From positions 18,044,001 to 18,104,000 of the forward strand of contig NW_024704742.1 in assembly GCF_018977255.1 (NCBI RefSeq): DNA of 60,000 bases. Direction: 5' to 3'. Positions 1 through 12,797 of the stretch are shown here, one piece after another. The notes beneath the pieces were generated by a model that saw only the letters and a list, made by a program, of their open reading frames with translations, did no database searches and was not told where the DNA came from. The DNA is from Callorhinchus milii (Eukaryota). Made by a program: the position numbers and the translations under genes. The first letter of the stretch is position 1; each line of letters begins with the position of its first letter.

Positions 1-3000
1 GTGATAAGGCTCTAAATCAAATGCAAGGATTATTGCTTCCATTGAGGTAGAGTTTCACACTTTAGTCGAAATTTAAAACAGAAATATATAGGTTTGATGA
101 AAAGAGGACACCTCAGCCAATATAAGATACCCAACCAAAACAATTTGGTTATGAAAGGCCTGTAGAAAGGTTTCATCTCAGTTGTTAAGAAGTTACTTTG
201 GCTTTTAATTTATTTTAAAATACCTTCTTGATAGCCCATTTTAAACTAATTCTTCTTTGCCTTCTTTAGAATATTTTGTGGCAATTGTATTTCCATGACT
301 AAGAGGCTAGTTTTGTAACTGAGATACTGATGCAATCTGGTCTTTGTCATTTAGCAGTATCGCTCCCTGAAACAGCCACCCAGAAATAGGCAAGGATATT
401 ATGAAAGTGGAGGAGCTGGTGTTTGAAATGGGGTGTGAGGCTCAAGGAAATGATGTGGAGGTGCTCTCTACATGGTCTAAACTGACTCATTAGATTTGAA
501 TGTATAATGCTCGACTGAAGTTGATTGCTTGACCAACAACTTTGGCTGCTATTGATTCATATTTCTGCATCAGTCACAGATAAAATGACTTAATATAACC
601 TAGAGGTCAGTTCTGAATGCCATGATCTCAGAGGGCTGGCCCACGCTCCAGAAGCAGTGCAGAGGAGAGCAACGAGGATGAGCCCAAGTGTTATGAGTTG
701 ACAGCAAACATTAAACAAGCTTCATTCACAAAAACATGCCAACATTTCATAGGAATGTTTCATATTAAATGAATACAATTATCTTTCTTAACTTGCCAAA
801 TTATAGCAGACAATTTTAGTTGCATCATTCATGTTCAGTGTGCAATTCCAACCACAAAGTCTCCATACCACAAAACTAAGTGAATAGATTGTACTAGTGA
901 AGTAGATTGATGATTAAAAATTAGAAATGAACACAGCTAGAATCTAAAATACTAACTGTACCCATTACAGCTACGTTTGCAACCAAAGTATCTAACATGG
1001 AATGTAGACTGACAAATAGACAAACAGACATTTTATCTTTATCTATACTCATCTGGGAGGACTACTGTGGGAGGACTCCTTTTGAGAGAAGTCAGTGGGA
1101 GGACTCGGCACTTTAAAAATGTAATTTTGTTGTTGTTGCCATGGCTTAGCTTCAGCTGTGATCTTTATTTTGTTCCCGCTGCTTGGCTATGTATGTGCTC
1201 TGTAACATAGGATGCCACAGCGCTACGGTCAGCCGGTGCGGCCACCAGGTGTAACTGCAATGTGTTCGTACATATGTACATGCTCTATGATGCACGGTAC
1301 CACAGTGTTGTTTAGACTCGGTGGCCACCAGGTATAACTGCAGCGAAAAATGCAAAACTGAAAATAATTCATGAATGATAGGAGATACCCGAAAACAAAT
1401 ATGCCCATGTCATTCCCAGTGGAAGCCCTTTGCGATAAGGTATAAATCATGTCTCTAAGTCAATCGGCTATTGAGATCTTTCTTGAAGCGCAGACAGACA
1501 TTGTCCTCTTATTAGTATGTAGATAAAAAATAGATACTTCACGCAGAGAACAATGAGAATGTCTCTGAAGCGATGATTGAACCTGATAGTAAAGATGCAT
1601 TAAAGATGAAGCTAAATATATACATGAAAGGAAAGGGGAATGGAAGGATATGGAAGGGAGTAAGGAGTGGGTGAGACTTTTTTGGAGTATAAGCACCGGC
1701 ACAGACGAGTTGGGCTCCTGTTTCTGTGCTACACATGTTTTGTAAACCTTCACATTTTCGTACTTGACTCCAAGATACAGAATCATATAGTGTTTACTAC
1801 CAAAAGGTTGCAATTCAGTCCATCGTGCCTTGTTGGAGCCATCTTCTCTAATCCCATTACCCTGCTCTTTCGCCATACAGTTTAATGTTATTTTCGCTCA
1901 AGGTGTAATGCTTTCATATGCTAATTTAAGGATTTTCAAATTAGGAATTTATGCAGGAATTCAAATTACATTTTCACAGTCTAATATTTAAAGTGGAGAG
2001 AAGATTGGCACAGTGATGACATTCTCTCGCTTGCTGATTTTAACGTACACCATATTAACAATTTGATACAGTACTTAATATAGTACAGCCGCAAAATATC
2101 CATAGGGTACCAATCCCACTCTTTTAAAATCAAAATGTTCTTGGATCTTTCTATCGCGTCAGCCTGACTCAGTTGGTAGCACTCTCGTCAGGAGGTTATG
2201 GGTTCAAGCCACATGTCAGCACTTGGGATTCATAATCCAAGATGATACTCCATTACAGTACTGGGGATGTTATTTCAGATTTCCGGCTTCCACAATTTTT
2301 CCTTTTATCTCAGCTTTTTAATCTCAGTGTTCGTAATGGGAAGGTGCATGATTTTAGCCCCAGTGTACACTCTGGACTCCCGCAAAACTTGGCTCTGGCT
2401 AATTTGTGCCTAAACTGGGATTAGGAATGTAGGATGTGTCCCTTTGGAGAAAAAGTGCACTATGTATACGTGGAACTCTCAGTATGTGTGTCAAGACTTC
2501 TAGTTGACAAAAAAATTCACTGAATATGAGAGGCAGGTGTTGCTTATGATAACATGTAAAATTGTCCTGAAGAAACACACAAAATCCTTATTTGTCTTCA
2601 GTACTACTTGCTGAAGAATAGGGATGGTGCTGAGTACTTTACAGAAGGGCATTGTAAATGCAGTTATTTAAAAGAAATAAAATGGTAAACCAGTAACGCT
2701 TGTACTTACCATGTTTATGATTTGAATAATTTTATGTTGTTTCATTGCTTGAGATCGCATTAATTTGCCAAGCATAACTACATTCAGAATCTAGATCAGA
2801 GGTTTTCAGTATCCAGAAGTTATTAGCACTGTGTGCATTGTAGGAAATCTGAGCACTTTTGATGGTATCGGGAATGTTATGTGAAATGATGTGGAAAATA
2901 ACCAGCCTATAGTGGCGTGTTTCATCCAACTTTGACCTTGTACACATTACACAGATAGCGTGTGCTTTCTCTTTAACTCCAGTTTCAATGCTCAAGATCT

Positions 3001-3084
3001 GTCCAGACCATAGCAAGTGAGGACACTTAATATCATTTAATGGCTTTTCTAAAATGTTTCTATTGTTAGATAGATTACAATGTA

Positions 3085-4176
3085 ACAACAACAACCTGCA
3101 CTTATATAGCGCTCTCCACGCGTCTCAGAATGCTTAACAATGGTGGAGCCTGACTCCGAGCCGGGGTGGGAGGTGTGGTGTTCGTAGGCATGCTCGAAAA
3201 GCAAGGTTTTAAGGTGGGATTTGAAAAAGGGAGAGAGGGGGCAAGATAGAGGGATTGAGGGAGAATGTTCCAAAGTTTCGGGGTGTAGTGGCTGAAAGCA
3301 ATGGTGGAGCGAAGGGTACGAGGGACAAGCAGGAGGCCGGTGCCATTCGAGCGGAGGCACTGAGTGGTGGATTGGGGAGCGAAGAGGTCAGAGTGATTTG
3401 AACACGAGTGTAAGGATCTTGCAGTCGACCCATTGTGGAGTCCTGTAGCTCAATGGTTGAGCACTCGCTTTGCAAGCGAGAGACCTGAGTTCAATTCCAG
3501 GCGGGGCGAAACCTTGGGCAAGTTTCCTTACTCCAAGCGCCTAATAATAATCCCTCCAAAACCAAAGAATAATAAATTGGTCATTTTCAATCTACGACTG
3601 TTTGTGGGACATTGCTGTGCGCAATTGGCTGCCGCGTTCGCTCACAAATATAGTCAATTCACTTTACAGTGTGTTCTGTGCAGCGCTTTGGGACGTCTTC
3701 CTGACGTGAAAAGCGCTATATCAAATGCAAGGATTATTATTATATTATTCAGTGATGGGGAGCCAGTGAGCCTGGCCAGAACTGGTGAAATGTGGATACA
3801 GAGTTTGGTTCGGGTCAGTATGAGGGCAGCAGAGTTTTGAATGAGCTGGATTTTTTGAATAGTGGAGCTGGGGAGACCGGCGAGGAGTGTGTTTGAATAA
3901 TCAAGGCGTGACGTGACAAACACATGCACAAGGGTTTCGGCTGCATTTGGGGTAAGGTACAGTCGAAGACGGGCAATGTGGCGGAGTTGGAGGAAGGCGG
4001 TCCTGGTCAAGGACCAAATGTGGGGGGAAAGGACAGCTGAGGGTCGAACCAGACACCCAGATTGCGGACTGCTTCAGTGAGTCTGAGAGAGAACCCAGGG
4101 AGATTGAGGAGTTTAGATCCGCAGGAAAGAAGACGATGATGGGAGCCAAAGAGTATGGCTTCTGTCTTGTCCACAT
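3085..4176 (-). mobile_element. LINE2 3' portion, interrupted by a SINE at 3435-3749
   Basis: ORF2 C-terminal motifs LRHIARLR, FVTSRLDYSN, QLIQNSAA and FKSHLKTLLF; 3' terminus gcgctatataagtgcagg(ttg)n. Confidence 0.9.
3435..3749 (+). mobile_element. tRNA-derived SINE, family A, short form
   Basis: A-box tagctcaatggtt and B-box gagttcaattcc; Deu-like tgtgggacattgctgtgcgcaattggctgccgcgtt; tail aagcgctatatcaaatgcaagg(att)n. Confidence 0.92.
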
Positions 4177-4939
4177 AAGGGAGAAGTATGGTAATACAGT
4201 AGTATGTGTATTTGCAATTTCTTTTCTGACCTTATGACTAAAGATTCATAACTATAAAATTACTGTCCTTTTTGCTGATAGAATGCAAGCTAAAAACATT
4301 TGATTAGAAAATATTGCTTAAGTGAATCTATTCAGTAAGCTTACTTTGGTTTGTTATGCTTGATCTCTGTAACCGTAATTATTCATAACTCCCTTGCTTA
4401 CATGTTTGCTTAACAAATTCAAGGATGTATCGTAGCCACGGATACATTCTTTAATTAGAAACAATAGCCCTTCTGTGAGCCAATAGTCACATACTTAAAA
4501 TACATTCACCATTAAAATATAAACCATGATCATGTGTTCTCCCCGATCTCCCCCAAAAAAGTCTTTAGGTTCAAAGATTTCTGCTCTATCTAAGGCATAA
4601 ATCAAATCTGACGTTAGACAGAAACCCACATTGTTCTCTTTGAATTCTTGTGATTGCAGAGATGATGCCTGAATTTAAGGAGTCGGAAGACAGATATTTG
4701 CCGGATTCAAATCATAAAAATATTCCTGTAGGGAGTTGAGCATGGGGAAATGCACCATAACATCCCATAGCTATGCTTACATGATTTAATCCTTAAACTC
4801 ACTTATATGCGCCCTCAGGAAGTATTCTTTTGTCTTGGAATAAAATTGCTAGATTTTTTTAAAAAATTTGGATATTAAGGACTTTGCGATTAAAAATGCT
4901 TCTGAACAGAATTGATGTTCAGTATCATTGAGTATCCTC

Positions 4940-5418
4940 TACAAAGCTTCTCAAACTGTGGGGCACTGCTCCCTGGGGGTTCGTGGGCATACACCAATGC
5001 TGGTGATGGTTACATGCCTCTCAACAGTTCTGGGTTTCGGGAGAAGTATGGCTGTGGCACTTGGCTGAGACATTTGTCAAATGCAGAAAGCGCTGTGGCG
5101 GGGTCTGGCAGTTGGGGGAAGTCAGTAATTCCCTGTGAAGCGCCATGTTACAATCTATTTCTTTAAATAAACCTATGGTCACTTTCCCCCTCCCTTTTCC
5201 TAGGTTGTGTCTGATTCTGTCGCTGTAAAATTCTTTGAGATGTTATTTGGGTTGTCAAACTGGACCTTCCCTCAATTTTGTCTGGCCCATCCACTCCCTC
5301 CATAACCAGTTATGTTATGTGTCTGGAAGGGAACCACAAAAATATTGCTTATGTTGCCTACAGATTTTTCTCAAATAGGTCATCTGGCCCTCAGCAGCCA
5401 AAAGGTTGGTCGACCCTG
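4940..5418. mobile_element. Probable degenerate hAT/Charlie-type non-autonomous DNA transposon fragments
   Basis: TIR-like ends gcttctcaaactgtgggg (~4946), gggttgtcaaact (~5249) and ggccctc...aaaaggttggtcgaccctg (to 5418). Confidence 0.45.
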
Positions 5419-5439
5419 TCTTATGTGAAGATGTTATAT

Positions 5440-6030
5440 AAATACAATACAAGATTACAGCTTTTCATGCTGAGTGGACATCCTAAGGCGCTGAACAGTC
5501 AAGATTTAGGACCCGAGCTCGTTGAGGAGTAGGTTGGGATCAGGGAGGGTGGAGGGCAGAGAGGGTAGGAGGTTGGCCAAAGGCACGGTTGAACAGGAGG
5601 GTCTTGAGGCGTGCCTTGAAGGAGGCAAGTGAGGGAACGATACAAAGGAAATGTGGGATGGAATTCCAGAGGGTGGGGGCAGAGAGGCTGAAGGCCCGAC
5701 CGCCGATAGTGGGGCGGGTTGAGCAGGGGACATGGAGCAGGCCGGAGCTTGCAGAACAGAGGGAGCGGGCAGGTTGATAGGCGGTTAACAGGTCAAAGAG
5801 GTAGGAGGGGACAACGTCATGGAGGGCCTTGAAGGTGAGGATGAGGATTTTGAACTCGATCGTCTGAGGGATGGGTAGCCAGTGGAGCCAGGCAAGGGAG
5901 GGGGTGATGGGGTCATCGAGCCTGGTGCAGGAGAGGACACAAGTTGCAGTGTTCTGGAAGATCTGCAGCTTGTGCAGGGAAGTGTTGGGAAGCCAGACAA
6001 GCAGGCCGTTGGCATAGTCGAGCCAAGTTG
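5440..6030 (-). mobile_element. LINE2 3' fragment
   Basis: ORF 5540-6043 reads LDYAN...LQIFQN...ITPSLAWLHWLP...FKILILTFKAL...GRAFSLSAPTLWNSIP...FKARLKTLLF. Confidence 0.93.
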
Positions 6031-6261
6031 TTACTTTATGCAAGTTGTTATTTTAACATTCTACATAATTCTATAGAGTATTCTAAATTAGGGGCTCAAT
6101 ATGTTCTTGTTTCCTGAAGAACTTAAATCTTAACTAAATAATTAATGAACCTGTTAAAAAACATACTTTTTGAAACAACAATAAATAATTCCTCAGCAGC
6201 ATGTGAGCAATGGAGAAGGCAGGATTACCGTTTCAACACCCAGTATTTAGACTCAAGAATG

Positions 6262-6450
6262 AACAACAACAACAACAACAAGATTACATTTATTGAGCGC
6301 CTTTCACGTCGGGAGGACGTCCCAAGGCGCTGTACAGTTGGGTCAGGACCCGAGCAAGGGGGAAATGGTCAGGGTGAGGGGAGGGAAGGGAGGGAGCGAG
6401 GAGGGGGTAGAGAGTCAAGAGGAGAGCTGAAGGCACAGTCAAAGAGAAAA
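6262..6450 (-). mobile_element. LINE2 3' terminus
   Basis: (aac)n tail plus the stem-loop gcgcctttcacgtcgggaggacgtcccaaggcgc. Confidence 0.85.
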
Positions 6451-6699
6451 CTGAAACAAGTGACACCATCCATTCAATTCCTGGTTTATTGCAAGTTAGT
6501 AATGTTAATCACATTGAATGGATGGATGATGCATCTTCCACATGCTTGCAATTTACAGTTAAAAAAANCTTGGATATTTAACAGATTCCCCAATTTCTCT
6601 TTCATGTAGCAGAACATCTCAAAGTGCTTTACAAAGATGAACTTGGAGCTTGAGCTGGGAGGAAGTTAGCAAGTAGGAAGAAGGTTGGCAGAATTCAGT

Positions 6700-7140
6700 C
6701 AGGGAAATAAATGAAATTCAATGCAGTTAAATAGTATATATAGGAAGAAAGAATACATGGCTCCATGGTGGGATTGAACTTGCCAAGGGGAAATGGAAAC
6801 AGATCCAGAGATGATGTTTGACTCCGAGTGCTCACCATATTAAAACAGTGCAAGATAACATTCAATAAGGCAAGCAGGGTGCTTGCCTATATTGCCAAAT
6901 CAATCGAATTCATCTTCCCAGATATGATACCCAAGCAAAATGGGGCACTGGTCAGACCACACCTAGAGTACAGCATACCGTGCTGGTTGCTGCAATGCAA
7001 TGGACGGACCAAACCTGAGTGACAGTGCAGATGAGAGCATGAAGGATGATCCCAATGTTAAAGGGAATGAACTATAATCAATTAGGTTAACCAGGGAGGA
7101 TGGTTGAGGCCAGGATGTTGGACTCATTTAAAAAAGAGCT
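6700..7140 (+). mobile_element. Degenerate CR1 LINE fragment
   Basis: KASRVLAYI...LVRPHLEYSI, a CR1 RT C-terminal motif. Confidence 0.8.
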
Positions 7141-8344
7141 TATCATTTCTCTTGTCTCATTGTACAAAACATTGTGCATAAACTGTATGTAGATTTCATC
7201 TACTTGTGGCACAAAATAATTCCAATGCAGCGGTTAACAACAATATTATGTCTTTAATGCAGGGTAGCGTCTCAGAGTGCAATCTTAAAATTAATTATTT
7301 TTTATCACAGTAATCTTCATGGATGGACATCATACTCAAATTGGGTATTTTTATGCAAACAATGCACTTACTGATACCTAACCCCATTACCCAATCACTG
7401 CACTATTCAATATATCCGGTGAAGTGCTTCAAGAAATCCTACTGACATGAAGGTCGTTATACCAAATGCAAGAATTATTATTATAGGATTTATTACTATT
7501 AGTCATTGAGCTAACCTCAAGAGAGCAACATTCACATCCTTCCTTTCTTCAAATGCAAGGATTATTATTATTATTATTGTTCCATTTAGTGTAGGCAATT
7601 TGTTTAGAGCAGACGGTCACGTCATGTACTATAATTACTGCACACAGCTCCTGAGTAGAGCACCTTTTGTTGATCCAAGACATGCAATTACAGTCGGATA
7701 TCTTCATCACTTTCAAAGCCATCATCTGGACACTCTGAAGCACATCTTCAGTCGCACCTCTATCCAACTAAATCACGTCATGTAGGAATTTCTCCCCAAT
7801 AGCCAATTTGAATCTCTGGAGGACATAGGAATGTGGGAATAGAAGTCTATTCGGTCCATTGAGCCTTTTCCACCAGTTTATTCAATCTTGGAAAATCTAA
7901 TTTAATCCCATTTCCATGCTTTTTCCTCATAACTCCGGATTACCTTTAAATTCTAATGGAGATTGCAAGCATCAATCCTGTTATTTCTCATATCTAAAAC
8001 AGCAGTCTACTGTTTGAGCTAATTCCTCTCATACAAATACACCCTCATGTGCTCCAATTTATACTACATGTTTATGGGGGAATTTCTGCCCAAACCACTG
8101 CCGTTTTCCACTAAATGTTGAGTATGAGTGAAGCATGAGATGGCCACCACCATATGGACAAGGGCACTTTAAAAAAAAATTAAATAAAGCATGAATATTA
8201 ATTGTATCAAAGTCTTAAAAAGATTAACTAAGCCTTGTTTTGCTACTTTAATAAAGTATTCTTTTACTACAAAAAACAGAATAAATAGATCATACAGTTG
8301 AATTTTCTTGAATTGGAAAGAAAATATGAAAACCCAGAGCAAAG

Positions 8345-8972
8345 TCTTGTCCCCTCCCTCCCAGTCTTCAATACCTGCCTTAAGACCCACCTCTTTGCCT
8401 GCACTTTCAGCCACCTTCCCCTCCCCTTCAAACTCCACAAACCCTGAGCTCAGTCAGCAGTGAAGCAGCTTGAGACCTTCACCGAGTACAAAGGCATGAC
8501 ATAAATGTAAATTGCTGTATTATGCTCAGTAGTTAGGGTACTAGTCTCGCAAGCGAGAGACCTGGGTTTGATTCACGGCAGGGAGAAACGTTGGGCAAGT
8601 TTCCTAACTCCACAATCCTCTGTTTACCTAGCAATAAGTAGGAACTCGATTGTTAAGACGAACGTTGGATCACTTTTCCAGGGGTAATTCCTTCAAAAAA
8701 ATAAATTGATCACTCAATCCACAACTTTGTGAGACACTGCTGCCCAATTGGCTGCCAGGTTTGGCCCCCAAAATACACAGTCAATTCACTTCACAGTGTA
8801 TTCTGTGAAGCGCCTTGAGACATCTAGAAGGCGCGATAAGGCACTATATCAAATGCAAGGATTATTATTATTATTATCAGTGAACTCAGGTTTTGGCTGT
8901 ACATGGGATATATGCGCTCTGAGACTCTACTATGCGTGGAGGGTGCTATTAAAGTGCAAGTTGTTGTTGTTG
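8345..8972 (+). mobile_element. Cluster: L2 3' end (8345-8520), SINE family A long form (8523-8878), L2 tail (8914-8972)
   Basis: Similarity to the other copies in the window; typical tails. Confidence 0.85.
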
Positions 8973-10619
8973 GTGTCTGCTCACAACCCAGACTAAATGT
9001 GGTATCAATCTATCATGCATCTTCTTTGTACATCTGTGCTACACACACCTACCAACCAAGACTCAGGACGTTCCTGGTTCATTCTAAATGGAACAACAAT
9101 GGCAGTATGCAATGAGATGCTGCAAATCCGTCCAATCACAAATTATGAAAATGTCATGTCCGTCTACTACGCAATTTAAGAAACTAAATAAAAAGCATCC
9201 ATGCAATACAGCCAGGAGATACAGCCATAAAATCTCACTTAACAGAAGCCATATTTAAACATCATTACTACTAAGTACTTAATCGCAGTTCTATTCTCAA
9301 GTAGATTAAGATTAAAATTAAATTAAAATAAAATTAAAATTAGCAATTGAAAAATGTTGGAAAGGTTTGTTGCTTGTCTTTCAAAACAAATTAATTTAAC
9401 TTATTTTTCCATAAAATATTCAATAACTCTACACTATCCAATGAAATGCTTTGAGACATCTTCCTGATATGAAAGGTAGTATATCAAATGCAAGGATTCT
9501 TCTTTCCTTTGGGATTTTTAAAAAAAGAATTCAAGTACCTTTCATTTCATTGATTGACCCTGCTTCAATTCAAACATGTTTGCTTTAATTTATTCTATGA
9601 TAATTTCTATCGCTCAGATCAGTGACTTAATTATTAAAGCAGATGCTAGAACCTTGTAAATTCCCCTTTTAAATCAATATTCATTTAAAAAAAGATTTCT
9701 TGTGTAAATACCATCTTATGTGGGATTTGCCTAATTGTCAGTCCTCATTTGGTTGAATGCCTGCAACTAAATATGTGCATAACTTCATTAAAGACAGATC
9801 AATATAGAAAACCAAATGTAAAGTAGAACAATTGTTTTGAAGATTGAACTGTGAAAATGTGAATTGCGCATCAAATCCAAGTAATGTTCACTGATGTAAA
9901 ACAAATGTAAAGTGTGTTATTCAATAATGTTAACATTACACACCTATAACATTTTTAGAAATTGCCTAAAAGTCATTTTTAAAGTTACAGCTCAAGAACT
10001 TTTGAATGGCTCTTTATCAATCAAGATTTAACATATACTTAAGTAACAGAAATGCTTCAATAACCTGGTAATTTAAGTGATAAATGATGTATGGTATTGC
10101 TCTGTAAAGTACAAAATTAATCTCTGGGTTAATCCACTGGGATTACTCATGGTTATCTGAAATATATTTTCAACCAAAATTAATTACAACAACAAATTAC
10201 ATTTGTATAGCGCTTTTCACGTCAGGAGCACTGGGCCAATTTTCAATTACTTATGGAACTTTGCCAGAAATATGTCACGTCTTAGAGTCACTGTGAGAGT
10301 GACTGAACCCATTTTACAAGATTCTATCAGGTGTCATATACATTATATAGTAGAGTGAATAACCTTCCTCTGATAGTGTGGGGGATATGCCATACACCTC
10401 AAAAGGCCATTTTTTTTTAGAAAATGGGAGAAAGTAAGAGAAAGAGTGAAGAGAAAAAAGTTTATTCTTGGTGAAAAATTTCTTCATTGATTTTTGGAGA
10501 TTGTGTTAGAATGAGTTTCACAGGTTGTTAGGCATTTAATTTTTGTATCATCTTTGCATTATTATGTTGGGAAGTTGAACTGGTAAATGAATCAACCTCT
10601 GCTTCAAAAAACTTTGAAC

Positions 10620-10937
10620 TCGAAGTTTATACTGACACTTCAATGCAGTGTTGGGGTTGTGTTGCAATGTCATCCTTCAGATAAGGCCTCTGCCTGTTCA
10701 GGGGGACGTTTAAAATCCCATGGAACTACTCGAAAAGAGAACTTAATCTGGTGTCCCAGGCCAATGATTCCCCGAATAAAACAGGTCATTTACTTCATTG
10801 CTGTATATGACAGACATTGCTGAGCAAATTGGTTGCGTTGCTTATATGGACCGCAGTCAAATTCTGTGAAACTTTCTGAGATGTTTTGATGGTAATAATA
10901 AAGAACTGTATCAAAGTGCAAGAATTATTATTATTAT
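10620..10937 (+). mobile_element. Deu-domain SINE (family B), 5'-truncated and diverged
   Basis: catccttcagat...tgcctgttcagg...ttaaaatcccatgg; (att)n tail. Confidence 0.75.
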
Positions 10938-12492
10938 GCTGCTAATTTCAAGTAGGATGGCTAACTATCTTAATGCATACATTTACTTTTATGGCTTTAC
11001 CAACATTTGGGTAAATTGCTGCTTTTAGAAAATCTGCTTGATTTACAGGCAAAATAAAATGTCTCTGTAAATAAGTGTAAAATAAATTGCCAAATTGCAA
11101 GGTGTTGTGCATTATTTACTGTCTACAGCTTAAACAACTTGCAAAAACGGAAAATCCCTACCACTATTTGCAATTATTTTTTTATTCAGGTTCTTACATG
11201 ACAGAATAAAAAATAAAACCAAACCAGAATGAGAACTATGCAACTATAATTCTGAGAATACCACAAAATTCCCAACAATCTAACCACATTCCTTTTATAA
11301 TAGATAATTTACAACACCAAAGTCTGCCCTTTAACTTCAACATCAGTGTTCTCGGAATAAGTTTTGGGAAACAATTGCTTTATTAATCTCCTGTTTCAAT
11401 AAACTAATTAGTCTCCATTTCATATTTTAAGCACAATATTTTCAATGTAATTTTTTTTAAAAATGAGAAGGTGTTGGTTACTCCTATAGCACCACATTCC
11501 AAGTGGTTGAGGAGCAGAAATATGATTCCAGGAGAATGCAATCATTTTTTAAAAAAAATCCATGTCTATTGTCTCAGAATAAACAGTATAAATTGGCATT
11601 TGTTTCAGTTATCATTGGGTATGCACAAAGCAGAATAATCATGAACACTTTTCTCAATTTTCTTATAATTTTGGTGATTAACACAACAATGTTCATAATG
11701 TTTTGTCCTACAAAGCCCAGCGTTGAGTTTATTTTATTCCTTGACATCCCTTTTGACATTGTCCCCCGCTTTGTGGGTCTCTCTCAAATCAAGTAATGTG
11801 AGGTAATGCTCTGCACCAGATGAAGTGTACACCATTGGTTTTACACTTCTCCTCGTTTGTGCATCACTGAAATGTAGACACCATAACTATGAATCTTTAC
11901 CCCATAGTATTGTACAGTGAAACTCCAAAGTATTTTTCACTGTGTTACCAAAATACTCTTGTCCCCTCAAAATTAGCATGCTGCTGTCAAAAAATAGGCC
12001 TTTCATGAAATAAACATAAATATGATTTATAAAATCCATGATTCGGGTGCATTTGTAATAAAGCAAATTCTGAAGTTTCTACTGAATGGCTTTTCTTTTC
12101 AGAGATTCCACTAGTTGCTTTTCAAATAAGTAATATCAGCCTATTTTATTTTTATTAATACTCAAACTATATGAAACCCTGAGACTCCCTCTCTTCCCCA
12201 CATTTTTCTTACCAAAGTAAAACACAGTCAAGGCTCCACTGGTGCTCAGTCTAGATATCGAGATTGAGGGCAAATAAAAACTCCCTTCCGTTCTTAACAG
12301 AGACTAATGTCCAAAACAATTCCGATGTAGACAATGCTGTTGAGAAGGCTCTCACTCTGCCTCATAAATTCATAAATACCAGTTTCTTCAACTAATCTCT
12401 TCCAAAGCCACAAATGACTTTTGAACAAAATGATTGATTTTGTTGGAATATTGTATTACTCTGTGCCCTTGGATCTCAACTGCCTTTGTATT

Positions 12493-12797
12493 GTGGAGTC
12501 CTGTAGCTCAGTGGTTAGAGCACTCGCCTCTCAAGCGAGAGACCTGAGTTTGATTCCCAGCAGGGCGAAACCTTGGGCAGGTTTCCTTACTCCACACCCC
12601 TGATAATAAACCCTCAAGAAAAAAAAACAATAATAAATTGGTTACTTCAAACCACGACTGTTTGTGGGACACCGCTGTGTGCAATTGGCTGCCGCGTTTC
12701 GCCCACAAATATACAGTCAACTCACTTTACAGTATGTTCTTTGAGACGTCTGAAAGACTTGAAAAGCACTATATCAAATGCAAGGATTATTATTATT
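12493..12797 (+). mobile_element. SINE family A, short form
   Basis: Colinear with the 3435-3749 copy; A and B boxes present. Confidence 0.92.

Noticed and set aside
1152..1885. Overlapping ORFs and minus-strand acceptor-like sites at ~1340 and ~1583
   Set aside because: No recognisable protein, no paired donors, and phase-1 readings stop quickly.
2710..3048. Minus-strand ORF 2732-3094 with an ATG|GTAAGT donor at 2710, phase-compatible with MSTS+G
   Set aside because: The acceptor is weak, there is a stop before the donor, and the peptide is unrecognisable; kept only as a remote possibility.
3435..3510. tRNA genes at SINE heads (also 12493, 16983, 43222, 55672)
   Set aside because: Each runs directly into a SINE body and tail and is degenerate; these are tRNA-derived heads, not tRNA genes.
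11503..11796. Hydrophobic ORFs on both strands
   Set aside because: AT-rich chance ORFs without splice support or known motifs.
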